The notes under the pieces are model-generated. The model saw only the letters and a program-made list of their open reading frames with translations, was not told the DNA's origin and did not search any database. Below, one piece after another: positions 1-10,463 of a DNA stretch of 64,000 bases. The position numbers were made by a program, and so were the translations under genes. How positions within the stretch are numbered: the stretch's first letter is position 1; each line of letters starts with the position of its first letter. Origin of the DNA: Candidatus Bathyarchaeia archaeon (GTDB lineage Archaea; Thermoproteota; Bathyarchaeia; 40CM-2-53-6); NCBI GenBank assembly GCA_049513715.1, contig JBEKVV010000001.1, forward strand, positions 224,001-288,000, written 5' to 3'.

Positions 1-513
1 CATGGATCCGCATTGAGTGCATTTGAATCGCGAGTAGAGATTCGATGGGGTTGCGCAACGCGGGCAGTAGAGGACCCTCTCGAAGAGGCTTTCAGCTACG
101 ATTCGGATATCAGCCATTCGTTGAAGCAGGGGCCGTTCGACGAGCATAATGTTGTCTCCGCTGGCGTCTCCAACGGCGTATCGGGGGAGACGGTCTGTTC
201 CAAACTCAGGTTCAAGCATCTTTCCGCCAGTCCGAATGAAGTGGCTAATGACCGGCTGGACCTGTGGGTCATTGTAGGTTCGCAGGCGAAGTCTCCTTGC
301 CACAGATTCGTCTTTTCTAGCCATCTCGTAGGCTACAGACTCAGCCCTGCGGATTCGCTCATTCAGTTGCCTCGAAAGCACTTCGAATTTATCCCGGTCT
401 AATTTACGGTCTGCAAATTGCTTCTCAAGGTTGGCAAGTTCACTAGTCAAATCGTCGTGTTCTGTCAGCGGGTCCTTTGCTGGCTCTGCGGGTGCCATTA
501 TAGACATGCTCAT
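1..513 (-). CDS. Partial Zn-finger protein resembling the TACK output domain (TackOD1); runs off the window edge
   Basis: Not in ORF track (no stop inside window). Manual translation gives MSMSIMAPAEPAKDPL...FERVLYCPRCATPSNLYSRFKCTQCGSM, open to position 1, with CxxC pairs. Confidence 0.65.
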   Translation of the reverse strand, partial: MSMSIMAPAEPAKDPLTEHDDLTSELANLEKQFADRKLDRDKFEVLSRQLNERIRRAESVAYEMARKDESVARRLRLRTYNDPQVQPVISHFIRTGGKMLEPEFGTDRLPRYAVGDASGDNIMLVERPLLQRMADIRIVAESLFERVLYCPRCATPSNLYSRFKCTQCGSM

Positions 514-578
514 TGTTCTGCGAATCGTTTGGAGAAGCCAAATATAACTGGTCCTATCGCCTTCTCTGTGTTAAGGTC

Positions 579-2630
579 TTGTCTGTGAAACATGGTAAGG
601 TCATTCTGCTTTCAATTGCCATGTTCATTACCTTGACCGTCATTTCATTCCCGCGATCAGCAGCTCAAACAATTTCGCCCGAACTCACAACTGACCAAGC
701 CATTTACCCATTATGGCACATTGGGGGTACCGTCACAATTACTGCCTCGAAACTGATCACGAACCAGACCTACTATCTTTGGTTGCAACGGCCAAACCAA
801 GAAAGCACCCTCTATGCGACGATCAGGGGCATAAGTGGGGCCACTAGCATTTCGCTCCCGATCGCGGCCACAGATCCCTCAGGCACATATCTAATCAGTC
901 TTTCAACATCAAGCCTTACCGACACGAGGTCAGCGGTTATCCATGTCGGTATCTTCGGAACAGACGCTAGGAGCTACGAACGCACTGAAAAGATCGTAAT
1001 CTCCGGAGGCGGGTTTGCGGCCAATTCAACTATCTCCATTGGCCTTGCGGCCGCGGGCCAGACCGTGAATGGTTTCCCACAGAACATCAGATCCCAATCG
1101 GATGGCGGATTCAGCTACACACTCAAGCTTCCGCCCTCAGCGAACCTTGGGGTCCTTGCAGTGAGCGCTGAGGGGTCTAATTACGACAATCACGGCCTGA
1201 CGAGTACCGCTAGTACCACTGTGAATGTTAATCCAACTTCAATCAGGATCAGCCGGGGGACACCGCCCCCTGCCACCGTTGAGAGAACGGCTAAGGTGTC
1301 CGTGTCATATCTGCTCACGTATCCGGATGGCTCAGGTGTCACTACCGCCTCGGCGGGCTCATCGGTTAGCGTCCTAAGAGAGTCTGATAGGACGGTTGTC
1401 GGCGCGGTGCCACTGCAATTGTCCAACAGTTCCGGTACTTGGAGCGCAGTTTGGGTGCCTCCGCCCAACGCCACCCTCACAGCCTACCAGTTCGAGTTGG
1501 CGGCCACGAGTTTCAGCGACTCCTACGGTAACCTGGGGCAAGGGCCTGCTGTGGATTCCGCCAGTTTCGCGGTAGGAAAGGCAAATGGTGGTCTTTCCTA
1601 TCCGGCGAATTCTACACTCGAACGAGCCCAGGACGCAAACGTGGTGATCACAGCCCAGTATCACGACGGGTCCAATTTTGAAAACGTTACCTCGGCCAGT
1701 GGCGAAGTTATCGATGTCGAAGAGGTTAGTCACACGCTTGCATTCAACAAGACATTGAACGCGTTGAGCGGGCAACTGAATGTTCCCGTCAACGCCACCC
1801 TCGGCAAGTGGCGGATTACTGGTACCTTCACTGATCTTTATGGCAACACAGCTTCAGGGGAGGTTGTGATTCAAATAGTGAAGGCAAACTTGAAGTTCGC
1901 AGTCAACGTGCCTCCATCAGAAAGAACGACAATGATGAACGTCACCGCCAGAATATCATACCCTGACGGAACAACCGTCAATCCTGGCTTGGTCCCAGCT
2001 GGGTTTAACGTGACAATCTCAAATGGCAATTTCACTTGGACCTCAAGAATGATCTTTGACGACACGAGCGCGAGATGGACCGCAGGATACCTAATTCCAA
2101 TCAACGCAACTGTCGGGGATTACTCAGTTGGAATGGTCGTTCTAGACATTTATGGCAACGGCGGTGGATCCAACACAACCGCAAGTGTGGTCCCTGCAAG
2201 GTTCACGATCACGGCGCCTCAAGCCAGTGCGAAAGTCACCCCTGGACAAATCGTTGACATATCGATCTCTGTGCTGTACCCGAATGGTTCCTCTTTGACT
2301 ACCCGCGGCGGACGAGTACTTGCTTCATTCACCAACTCGTCAGGGACTTACATTTTACAGATGATATTCAACGCCGGCGATGATACCTGGCATGAATACT
2401 TCACCGCACCAGACCCTGGACTAAGTTTCGGCAAAACCATACCTTTCTCATTCTCCGCCACTGATCAGTTCGGAAACTCAGGTGCCGCAGCGAACGCCTA
2501 CGAGCTAGACGTCGGCGCGGGCATTGGATCATTGATCTTGGCGAGTGTGATAGGGGCACTGGTGCCAATCGCTTTGCTTAGCTGGGCGATAGTTACGATT
2601 TCAAAACGGCGCCGAAAACACAAACCGTAG
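579..2630 (+). CDS. Secreted, C-terminally anchored surface glycoprotein with repeated Ig-like beta domains
   Basis: Signal peptide (KHGKVILLSIAMFITLTVISFPRSAAQ), repeated YPDGS/T...DxYGN units, many N-x-S/T sequons, C-terminal TM helix plus RRRKHKP. Start moved to TTG 579 downstream of TATA-like AATATAA at ~541. Confidence 0.75.
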   Translation: MSVKHGKVILLSIAMFITLTVISFPRSAAQTISPELTTDQAIYPLWHIGGTVTITASKLITNQTYYLWLQRPNQESTLYATIRGISGATSISLPIAATDPSGTYLISLSTSSLTDTRSAVIHVGIFGTDARSYERTEKIVISGGGFAANSTISIGLAAAGQTVNGFPQNIRSQSDGGFSYTLKLPPSANLGVLAVSAEGSNYDNHGLTSTASTTVNVNPTSIRISRGTPPPATVERTAKVSVSYLLTYPDGSGVTTASAGSSVSVLRESDRTVVGAVPLQLSNSSGTWSAVWVPPPNATLTAYQFELAATSFSDSYGNLGQGPAVDSASFAVGKANGGLSYPANSTLERAQDANVVITAQYHDGSNFENVTSASGEVIDVEEVSHTLAFNKTLNALSGQLNVPVNATLGKWRITGTFTDLYGNTASGEVVIQIVKANLKFAVNVPPSERTTMMNVTARISYPDGTTVNPGLVPAGFNVTISNGNFTWTSRMIFDDTSARWTAGYLIPINATVGDYSVGMVVLDIYGNGGGSNTTASVVPARFTITAPQASAKVTPGQIVDISISVLYPNGSSLTTRGGRVLASFTNSSGTYILQMIFNAGDDTWHEYFTAPDPGLSFGKTIPFSFSATDQFGNSGAAANAYELDVGAGIGSLILASVIGALVPIALLSWAIVTISKRRRKHKP

Positions 2631-2649
2631 CATCATGTTGGGCAGTAGT

Positions 2650-3441
2650 TCAGTGAGCAGCCTTCAACAAAACTGTCGAAAACACAACGTCCCCAAAAAT
2701 CAACGTAATTACCAAACCTATGAGGATGAAGAGTAACATCGGAAGCCCTGGCGTAACCCAAACTTCCCCTTGGAAGCCTAGCCTGGAAAGCGATTCTGCG
2801 AATTTTGAGACCAACTGATCCCGGTCGATTTCGGCGTCGAAAAAGAACTTGAAGGAACGCTTCGTCGCGCCATCGGGGATCTCCTCCATCGGATAAAGAT
2901 AGAAAGTTGAGCGAAGCGTGGATACACTAGCACGGTAGCCAGTGAAGAACGCCATCAGTTTCCTCCACTTCGACTCCTCCTCTAAGCCATCAAACATGTT
3001 CCGTTTGTCCCTAATGTAGGTTAGAGAATTCCGCAACCCAAACCAAACCGCAACTGACGCAGAGCAAATGTAACCCATGATCATGACAGTAACGGGGAAG
3101 AATGGATGCGGATATCCCAACAAGGACTGGAAGCTTCTTGGCGCCAGAGGAAGGGTGAGACCGAGACAAATGATCGCTTTCGCGTCAGCACCTCCGAAGA
3201 GGCCAAAGTAGAATATTGCCAATGCAAGAATCGTTGCGACCGCGATCGATATGGCGGTAACAATTAGCGCTGAAGGGTCTAGGATTAAGCGAGAGGCGGT
3301 CAGTGCTGCTCCTATGCTGCCGTAGACCAACCAAACCTTATCGTTCACTTCACGCGTCCTGAGGTCAAACACCGAGCTCAGAACGTAGAAGAAGAGTGTA
3401 ACAAGAATCGCGGCGTACTCGGAGAGTTGCAAGGGATCCAT
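2650..3441 (-). CDS. A24 family prepilin/prearchaellin peptidase (FlaK/PibD-like)
   Basis: SVFDLRTREV first Asp motif, FGGADAKA (GxGD-type) second Asp, C-terminal WVTPGLPMLLFI; multi-TM. Confidence 0.88.
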   Translation of the reverse strand: MDPLQLSEYAAILVTLFFYVLSSVFDLRTREVNDKVWLVYGSIGAALTASRLILDPSALIVTAISIAVATILALAIFYFGLFGGADAKAIICLGLTLPLAPRSFQSLLGYPHPFFPVTVMIMGYICSASVAVWFGLRNSLTYIRDKRNMFDGLEEESKWRKLMAFFTGYRASVSTLRSTFYLYPMEEIPDGATKRSFKFFFDAEIDRDQLVSKFAESLSRLGFQGEVWVTPGLPMLLFILIGLVITLIFGDVVFSTVLLKAAH

Positions 3442-3777
3442 TGATAGTACCGGCGAACTGGTTGAGAATGGGTCTCAGTCCAGTAGGAAGAATAGCTTTT
3501 CGATACGTACCCTGAAATCGGACCACTTCTTGGTTGAGGTCATCGCGATTCAACAAGCTGAATTGGAAACCGAGGCAGAACTTGAGCAACTTTGACTACC
3601 TCAACTTAGGGTTCTGAGTGCTCGGCTATCTTTGTAACCGTGCTAATGTTTTATACGCTTAGGCAATGATTCGTGATACGCCTAGCGGAGCTAATGTAAG
3701 GGGTGTGAGCACTCTTCAGCAGAACCAAGCAAGCCACCTGTTTCAAGAAGGTTGCGGAGGCGCTTTGTCTCCTTGCT

Positions 3778-6700
3778 TTGATCCTTTCTGGCATTCTCGC
3801 CCCGTTACCTCACGTGGGCTTGCTTCGGCCCGTTCAGGCGCAGGCGCCACCTAACTCTGCTGCCGCCTCTCCGACTAAGTTCTGGGGACCGTTTGTAACG
3901 TCAACAGGTGATGTGGAAATTGACGTGAATCGCAGGGGAATCGCGGTCCGTGTGGAAGTTCCGAGAGAGTTCCTCAACAATGTAGCTGGCGGCGAGAATG
4001 ATACTCATTTCATACAGAGCGACATAAGAAATGACTATTACTACTACAGCACCGTCGACGAAGCGAAGCATTGGAGCCATGAAGAGAATCGAACTGTAAG
4101 TCAGGCACCGTGCTACAAACCAAACTTCGGAATCTACGACCCGAATGCACCATGGTGTGTGGAAATATGGAATTACCTGAATGGAACGTTCCTTAACTTC
4201 ACTGCCCCCCGATTCGTTAGGTTCAAGGGTTTGAACGCGCCGCCAATCGCAGGAATCTACAATGTCACTCTCTTCGTAGCCAACCACACAAATAGCCTCA
4301 ATTTGCCAGACTTCATTCACGCTTGGAACACGACGTTCTTCGTTCCCGTTAGCATGAGCGACAATCCAGGAAGCATCAGCGGAACAATATGCGACGACGA
4401 CACCTCGGGCTGTTCCACCATACTTGCTAAAGGAGTAGTTTTGGCGAAGAACACGGCCGGGCAGGTAGTAGCCCGAGGCTTCGTGAATCAGACGACTGGA
4501 GCCTTCAACGTTCCGGGTCTAGCGCCGGGGACTTATCAGGTTCAGGCTTCCGCGGGTTTGTTTAATGGTGTAGCGTATTCCCTATCAGATCCCATCTCGG
4601 TTCCAGTGTCAGGAGGCCACAACGGCTCCCCAGGGTCCATCCATCTGCATCGGGCACCGCAAGTGTGTGGCAAGATAACTTATGAGAACGATAATCCTAT
4701 ACCTGTTCCGATTTTGCATTCGCTCTCTGATCACCCATATCTAACGAAGATCGGCGTTAAAGCAGACAGTTACAAACTCAACATAACCGTTGAGGGCTAT
4801 GACCCTTCAGGTCACACATTTCGCAACATGACAACTTCCCTGGACCAAGCTAGCGATAACTTCATCCTCATCACCGGTCTTGGAGAGATGTATTTTGGTG
4901 GCGATCCATACGGCACGGAGTTCGCGGGTCTGCCTCCTGTAAGCTCCGGGAGTTACCAGATGAGTCTCAGATTCAGCATTACAGGGTATTTGCAGAAGTT
5001 CACAGAGACTGTTACTGTCTCAGTCGCCGCTGGAAGAACCTTCCCACTGCAATGCAACAACCCCAACCCTAATCCTGTGGTGATGCTCTCTGCTGGGGTG
5101 ATAACTGCGGACATTCAGTTCTTCAACCTAGCCGTCCCTGAAACACCTGCTCAGGCCGAGATTTCGACCGACTTATCCTCACCCTCAGGGAGCCTCTTCG
5201 GCGGTAACATTCTGGTTCAAGCCTACGATCACTCAGGTGCTCTTCGTGGGGTGACGGTGGTTAATGGAACAGCCAACGGGATAACCACATACAAGGATGT
5301 GACTTCTCTACGGCTGTACATTATTGGTTTCAGTGAGTTCTACTACCGGACTTTGAGCGGTCCCTGGGGAGAGGAAGACTCTGGGTTATCTGGTGATCTC
5401 TCGGGTTACACTTTGAATGTTCGCATTCGCGGTTACAACCAAACAACAAACCCCATCATAAGCCTTCCAGCGGGGGGAAACGCTACTGCAGCAATTCGAA
5501 TGACGAGGGGAGGTGCGATTTCTGTTGACGTGTTCTCGTTCGACAATCGCCCCGGAACAAGGGCGGCTCAGGCCGCGCAGGAGTTCAGGTTTCTGAACCT
5601 CGCGATACCCGTCGCAGCCAGAGTGTACTTTTACGATCAGAGCGGCGTGAGCGTGGGCTACGTTGAACGGTTCATGGTCATCAAGTCGGCAAGCAATCCG
5701 CTGGGCGTAAACAGCAAATCCTTCAATGTTGTCTTCACAGGAATGAATTGGGGTCTTAAGGAGATCTGGTACTACAACGACCTTCCCACCTTTCTTGGGG
5801 ATGAAACTTACACCATCAAAGCATACACCCTAGGCTACGTGCAGCAAAAGGAAATAGCCATCTTCGTTGGTCAAGCAGGCGTCGGCACGGCAGCAGTAAC
5901 TCTCTTCATCGGAAACGAGGTCGCCATCACAGCGCCGATATATCTGCAGCCAGTTCTCTTCGGCCAGGTCTCGGAGCATGCTCACGCAATAGGTGAGGCT
6001 TTTTCAGATTCAGGATTAGCGGGGGCCGAAACCGATAACGTCACCGCAGGTACCAAGACGCTGGGGTTCACTCTGTTCGGTTTCGGCGCCATGGAAGTGA
6101 ACGCTACATTTCCCTTCGAAGGTCAGGGACATTTCTTCTACGTAGACTCAACCGGACAAAGGCACTTTGATTACGGCCTCGACGTTGGATCATATACCGC
6201 CCAAATACCTGAGTTCGGCTTCAACGTGCATCTTACGCAACTAACCGCCTCCACGACAACGTTCACAGACCTCTTCTTGGAATCCGGCGTCCTCATATCG
6301 ATGATCACCATGGCGAAAGTCTTCGAGAACGAGAACCTGCCTCACCCCATCGCGGGTTGGGTGGCGGGGAGTGCCGGGAGCGAGGTAATGCCGCTGTCTT
6401 GGGTACGTGTCGATGCGTTCAATGGATCATTTGATCGTTCCGTTCCAACCTTGGACGGGGTATATGATGGTCCAGGGGCATTGTTTCTGCCCGCTGGGCT
6501 CTACAATATCACGTTCTCTGTCCCATTTTACAAGACAAGTGGGGTGACGGTGAATTTCCCAGTAGACTGGGCTGGTAGCTATCCACTGCTGCCGCCGGAC
6601 GGATATCTCTGCCCAATCAACAATGCCGGTCTACCTTGCGATCCGCCCTTGGAAATATCCGGATCACCCGCTGGGGGGAGTTCATCGCCCGGCGTTCTTG

Positions 6701-7071
6701 TGCTGACTTCACAGCTGAACCTGCGCAAGGACTCGTACAGCAGCGTCAGTTACTTTTGGTCCGCATCCCAAGGCAGGTTGAATGCAACCAGCGGTCGCGC
6801 TGTCCTCTGGACCCGCACAAACCAAACCGAGGGCAACGTCACAATTTATGCTAGCGCACTGGTCAACACGGGTTCAGGTCCTACTCTGCTCTTCTCAGCA
6901 GAGTATACGCCCACCGACCAAGCAATCCCAGAGTTCCACGCATCTCCCTCAACCCTAATGGCTGCCATTCTCCTTTCATTAGCAGTCTTGGTCGTCAACC
7001 GCAAAACTCGGAACGAACTACCAAGATCACGAAAGTCCGCGCTCCCCAGAAAGAACAATCGGAAAATGTAA
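3778..7071 (+). CDS. Large secreted surface protein with carboxypeptidase-regulatory-like domain and PEF-CTERM-like tail
   Basis: 1097-aa ORF; GAFNVPGLAPGTYQVQAS segment; ends IPEF + hydrophobic helix + basic cluster. Start codon uncertain (see findings). Confidence 0.7.
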   Translation: MILSGILAPLPHVGLLRPVQAQAPPNSAAASPTKFWGPFVTSTGDVEIDVNRRGIAVRVEVPREFLNNVAGGENDTHFIQSDIRNDYYYYSTVDEAKHWSHEENRTVSQAPCYKPNFGIYDPNAPWCVEIWNYLNGTFLNFTAPRFVRFKGLNAPPIAGIYNVTLFVANHTNSLNLPDFIHAWNTTFFVPVSMSDNPGSISGTICDDDTSGCSTILAKGVVLAKNTAGQVVARGFVNQTTGAFNVPGLAPGTYQVQASAGLFNGVAYSLSDPISVPVSGGHNGSPGSIHLHRAPQVCGKITYENDNPIPVPILHSLSDHPYLTKIGVKADSYKLNITVEGYDPSGHTFRNMTTSLDQASDNFILITGLGEMYFGGDPYGTEFAGLPPVSSGSYQMSLRFSITGYLQKFTETVTVSVAAGRTFPLQCNNPNPNPVVMLSAGVITADIQFFNLAVPETPAQAEISTDLSSPSGSLFGGNILVQAYDHSGALRGVTVVNGTANGITTYKDVTSLRLYIIGFSEFYYRTLSGPWGEEDSGLSGDLSGYTLNVRIRGYNQTTNPIISLPAGGNATAAIRMTRGGAISVDVFSFDNRPGTRAAQAAQEFRFLNLAIPVAARVYFYDQSGVSVGYVERFMVIKSASNPLGVNSKSFNVVFTGMNWGLKEIWYYNDLPTFLGDETYTIKAYTLGYVQQKEIAIFVGQAGVGTAAVTLFIGNEVAITAPIYLQPVLFGQVSEHAHAIGEAFSDSGLAGAETDNVTAGTKTLGFTLFGFGAMEVNATFPFEGQGHFFYVDSTGQRHFDYGLDVGSYTAQIPEFGFNVHLTQLTASTTTFTDLFLESGVLISMITMAKVFENENLPHPIAGWVAGSAGSEVMPLSWVRVDAFNGSFDRSVPTLDGVYDGPGALFLPAGLYNITFSVPFYKTSGVTVNFPVDWAGSYPLLPPDGYLCPINNAGLPCDPPLEISGSPAGGSSSPGVLVLTSQLNLRKDSYSSVSYFWSASQGRLNATSGRAVLWTRTNQTEGNVTIYASALVNTGSGPTLLFSAEYTPTDQAIPEFHASPSTLMAAILLSLAVLVVNRKTRNELPRSRKSALPRKNNRKM

Positions 7072-7336
7072 CCTCAGCTTCGCGGCGCGCGTGACGCGTT
7101 ATTGAGAAATGCGGATTCATTTACCCGTGCCCTCCGGGAAGTATTGACTCGAAGCAACACTTTTCAGCTCGTTTCTGACACTGGACCGAAAGGTCTCAGG
7201 GAACACTAGGGTTATTCCAAATTTAACCTAAGTTAAATGCTTGAGTAGGCCTTGGAGAAAGTAAGTGAAGTACAAGAACGCCAGAACGGTTCAACGCTAA
7301 TCACACAAAAACCAATCACAAAGCAGGCTGAATGAC

Positions 7337-7552
7337 TTGACTCTTAAAATCAAACCCGTAATGCTGAAGCAGTCCGTCTACTTCAGAGTGCCAAACGACA
7401 TTGCAGACCTCATCGGCATCGAACCCCAAGCAGACGTAACCATGACACTAGAAGATCAAGAGGACAATTTCCTCCTGATTTACTCAGTCAAGAAATCACC
7501 AATTCTGAGGGATCCGCGAAGACCCGAGCAACTCGCCGCTGGCCCCCCCTGA
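7337..7552 (+). CDS. Small AbrB/MazE-like DNA-binding protein
   Basis: KQSVYFRVPNDIADLIGIEPQADV matches the swapped-hairpin pattern. Confidence 0.6.
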   Translation: MTLKIKPVMLKQSVYFRVPNDIADLIGIEPQADVTMTLEDQEDNFLLIYSVKKSPILRDPRRPEQLAAGPP

Positions 7553-7586
7553 GAGCCAAACGAACGATGAGTCCTGAAGATCAGGA

Positions 7587-8215
7587 ATGAGTCATATTTC
7601 GAAATATGACCATCAAGCAGCCACATCCCAAGTGACCATCGCAGGACTGGACGAAGCTCTAGGGGAGAACATACATCCCAGCCAGAACGTACTCCTCCTC
7701 GGCCCTCCTCCCAGCGGCAAATTCACACTAGCCATCCAATTCCTGGCCTCAGGACTAAGAGCCCGCGAATGTGCGCTCCTGGTCACAACCGCAGACACCC
7801 CTAGTGCGATTAAGAAAAGAGTGAGAGCCACGGGGTGGAATCTGGAAGGGTATGAGAAGCAAGGCGAGCTCATGTATGTCACCTGCCACCGCACCGACGG
7901 CACAGCAGCGGGCGTCACGGCCAGCACAGAAAGAGAAAACCTAGAAAATACACTTGTGAAGATCTCCAGCATAATCTCAGGCTTCCAAGGGCAAGGACGA
8001 AAACTCAGGTTTGTCTTCGACAACCTCACAACATTACTCGACCACAACGGCTTCCGAAACGTGGCCATGTTTCGGCACCAATTGATGGGCATCTGAAAGC
8101 AGCTGAGGCAACCAGCATATTCATACTAGAAGGCGGAGTCCACGATGAAGAAGTTACGCGAGTACTGCGGTCAGTGTGCGACGGCGTACTCGAGCTGAAT
8201 CGTGAGAGCAAGTAA
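7587..8215 (+). pseudogene. KaiC/RAD55-family RecA-type ATPase, frameshifted
   Basis: TIAGLDEALG, Walker A GPPPSGK, Walker B FVFDNL. ORF stops at 8096, but the -1 frame continues LKAAEATSIFILEGGVHDEEVTRVLRSVCDGVLEL to TAA 8213-8215. Confidence 0.7.
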
Positions 8216-8529
8216 CATTCAAAGTGCTCTCGGCATAGGCGCGCAAATGCGCCACTTCGTACTGATCTCCAACGACCCAAAACGAGCAACCAACTCATTC
8301 ACCGACATTCCCCCTTGCCCCAGTGGAGTTGTGAAAAGCAGAGGGTGGCTCCTGCAGAGATCCTCGTTGACGGTTCCTCCCCGGATAATCCCACATGTAT
8401 ATCCGCATTGCAAGGGCACGTACCACGAGCACACATTGACGCATGTTTAGAGCAAGAAGGCTCTTCAGGCCTTTATGCAAGGTACCACATGCCTACACAG
8501 GTTCTTCAAACGGTCGAGTGGAATAGTAA

Positions 8530-9354
8530 TTGGCAGTTAACGACAGGGAGGCTGCAGTCCTTCAACGCTTAGGGCTCACCGAGTACGAATCACGCATTTA
8601 CCTCGTTCTAGTGAAAATGGGCCCGATCAAAGCTAGCGAGGTCAGTTTCTTCGGGCGGGTTCCACGCACAAAGACCTATGGTGCAATCAAGGAGCTTGAA
8701 AGGAAAGGATTGCTGAAAACTGTGCCGGGCAAACCTGAGGTGTACTCGCCTGCTTCACCGAACGACGTGCTAATGCCCCTGGTGACAAAGCTGAACCGCG
8801 AAGTGAGAGACTCGGAAGGTGTAGTTCAATCACTCAGCGTAACATTCGAATCTAGCAAATACGTAAGGCGCGATGTTCCGAGGGAAGCGGGTGAATTCTG
8901 GCAGATCAATGGGCGCCAAAGTGTCCTCGAAAAACTGAACCAAATCCTCAGGGATGCCAAGACCTCAATTTCCATGTCCACGAGCGCCATGGGGTTGATC
9001 CGCGCATACAAATCTCAAGCCGAAATCCTCGAAGTAGCAAAGACACATGGCGTCGCCGTCCGCTTGCTCGCCCCCATAACCACGGAAAATGCGGGGGTTG
9101 CTCAGCAAATAGCTGAGGTCATCGAGCTCAAGCGATTAGAGAAACCCTTCAGCAACAACTTCGCGTCCGTAGACAGCCGAGAACTCGTCGTAATAGAGAG
9201 CAAACCCGATGACCTGAGAACCGACAGAGGGTCGGATTTGGCAATCTGGACAACGAACAAGCTCCTGATCGAGTTGCACGAGCAATTCTTCGAAAGGATC
9301 TGGAGCACAGTCCCCACCCTAGAGTTCCCGAAGAAATCCAGGAACGCTGGATGA
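8530..9354 (+). CDS. TrmB family transcriptional regulator
   Basis: LQRLGLTEYESRIYLVL...VPRTKTYGAIKELERKGL wHTH plus C-terminal PLD-like domain. Confidence 0.9.
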   Translation: MAVNDREAAVLQRLGLTEYESRIYLVLVKMGPIKASEVSFFGRVPRTKTYGAIKELERKGLLKTVPGKPEVYSPASPNDVLMPLVTKLNREVRDSEGVVQSLSVTFESSKYVRRDVPREAGEFWQINGRQSVLEKLNQILRDAKTSISMSTSAMGLIRAYKSQAEILEVAKTHGVAVRLLAPITTENAGVAQQIAEVIELKRLEKPFSNNFASVDSRELVVIESKPDDLRTDRGSDLAIWTTNKLLIELHEQFFERIWSTVPTLEFPKKSRNAG

Positions 9355-9524
9355 TCGGGCCATTCTCACTTGACGTTCAGGTGCCGTTAACTGCACTGGG
9401 GCGACGGTCGGACTACTACAGGAGCCATTGAAATCCGGAACCAGCGCAGAGGCGGCAAGGAGGATCAGCGACCGTCCCAACAAGAGCTATTAGCAGGACG
9501 AGTACTCTGGTACCCGAGTGAAGC

Positions 9525-9785
9525 ATGGCACAAATCAAGATTCTGGCTTCTCAGGACACTATTGAGAAATTCAAGAGGATAGTCCTTGCCAAACATGGCA
9601 AACTCGAGCTTAGCGCAGAAGGAGAAGAAGCGCTAAGGCTCTACATCAAACGATACGAGCGGCTACTGGGCGGGCTTTGCGCTCCAGACGAAGATCCACT
9701 TACCAAAATTTGTGGAATAGGGCGTTCCTTGCGCCGGCACAACGTGCTCAGGGACCTCGAAAAACTTGAGTCCGGAGAACTTTGA
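9525..9785 (+). CDS. Putative antitoxin (VapB-like)
   Basis: 86-aa ORF overlapping the start of the downstream PIN gene by 4 nt. Confidence 0.65.
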   Translation: MAQIKILASQDTIEKFKRIVLAKHGKLELSAEGEEALRLYIKRYERLLGGLCAPDEDPLTKICGIGRSLRRHNVLRDLEKLESGEL

Positions 9786-10213
9786 TTTTTATCGATACAA
9801 CGGTCTGGGTCGGCGACGCTGACCTGAACGATGACTTCCATGAGTCATCTCACCGAATCATGGAGTCTGTGAGGACTGGGAAGACGCCTCTTGGTCTCGT
9901 TTCTGACTTTATCATTGACGAATTGGTCACACTTCTTGGTAAGCGCAAAGGTTTCGGTGCAGGGCACGCGAAAGAAACAGGCATGGCTATCCTGCACTCT
10001 CCTCGCATCTTCACAGTTTTCGTCGATGACAGCATTCTGAAAGAAGCGCTGGCGATATATCCGACTTTCAATGGCAAATTGAGCTTAACCGATGTTGTCA
10101 CGACAGTAGTCATGAAGAGGTACGCGGTCAACAATGTCTTCTCACACGACTCTGATTTCGATGCCGTGAAAGGCGTTCGGCGCCTAACTTCTGTCCAGAA
10201 AATTGAGAGATAA
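9782..10213 (+). CDS. vapC: PIN-domain toxin (VapC family)
   Basis: MIFIDTTVW, IIDE, LSLTD, FSHDSDFD acidic PIN motifs. Confidence 0.9.
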   Translation: MIFIDTTVWVGDADLNDDFHESSHRIMESVRTGKTPLGLVSDFIIDELVTLLGKRKGFGAGHAKETGMAILHSPRIFTVFVDDSILKEALAIYPTFNGKLSLTDVVTTVVMKRYAVNNVFSHDSDFDAVKGVRRLTSVQKIER

Positions 10214-10247
10214 GAAGACGCTGCATCGTTCGGACGCCCTTGCATGG

Positions 10248-10268
10248 TGGTCGTAACCCACCCTCTGT
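10248..10268 (-). repeat. Direct-repeat copy of the RNase P RNA 3' end (att-like)
   Basis: tggtcgtaacccaccctctgt matches 11853-11873 (tggtcgtaacccaccttctgt) at 20/21 positions. Confidence 0.7.
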
Positions 10269-10463
10269 CTGGTCACAACGGACGGCCTAAGAAACCGGTT
10301 TGTTGAGAAATACGAGTGTGCCGCGCTCAACACCAAAGCTAATCTAGCGTTTCGATGAACGTTAAGGCTATCTGTTGGGTCTGCATTTACAGTTACTCGA
10401 GTCAGACCCTTGACTTACCGAATGTCTGTAGGTTGTTGGGGATAGGCTCGGAAAGGCATCTGG

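Noticed and set aside
13..402. 129-aa plus-strand ORF, and other short ORFs antisense to called genes
   Set aside because: Shadow ORFs opposite better-supported genes.
9403..9476. Inverted repeat GACGGTCG/CGACCGTC upstream of the VapBC pair
   Set aside because: Only 8 bp, no target-site duplication or second copy; too weak to call a MITE or RNA.
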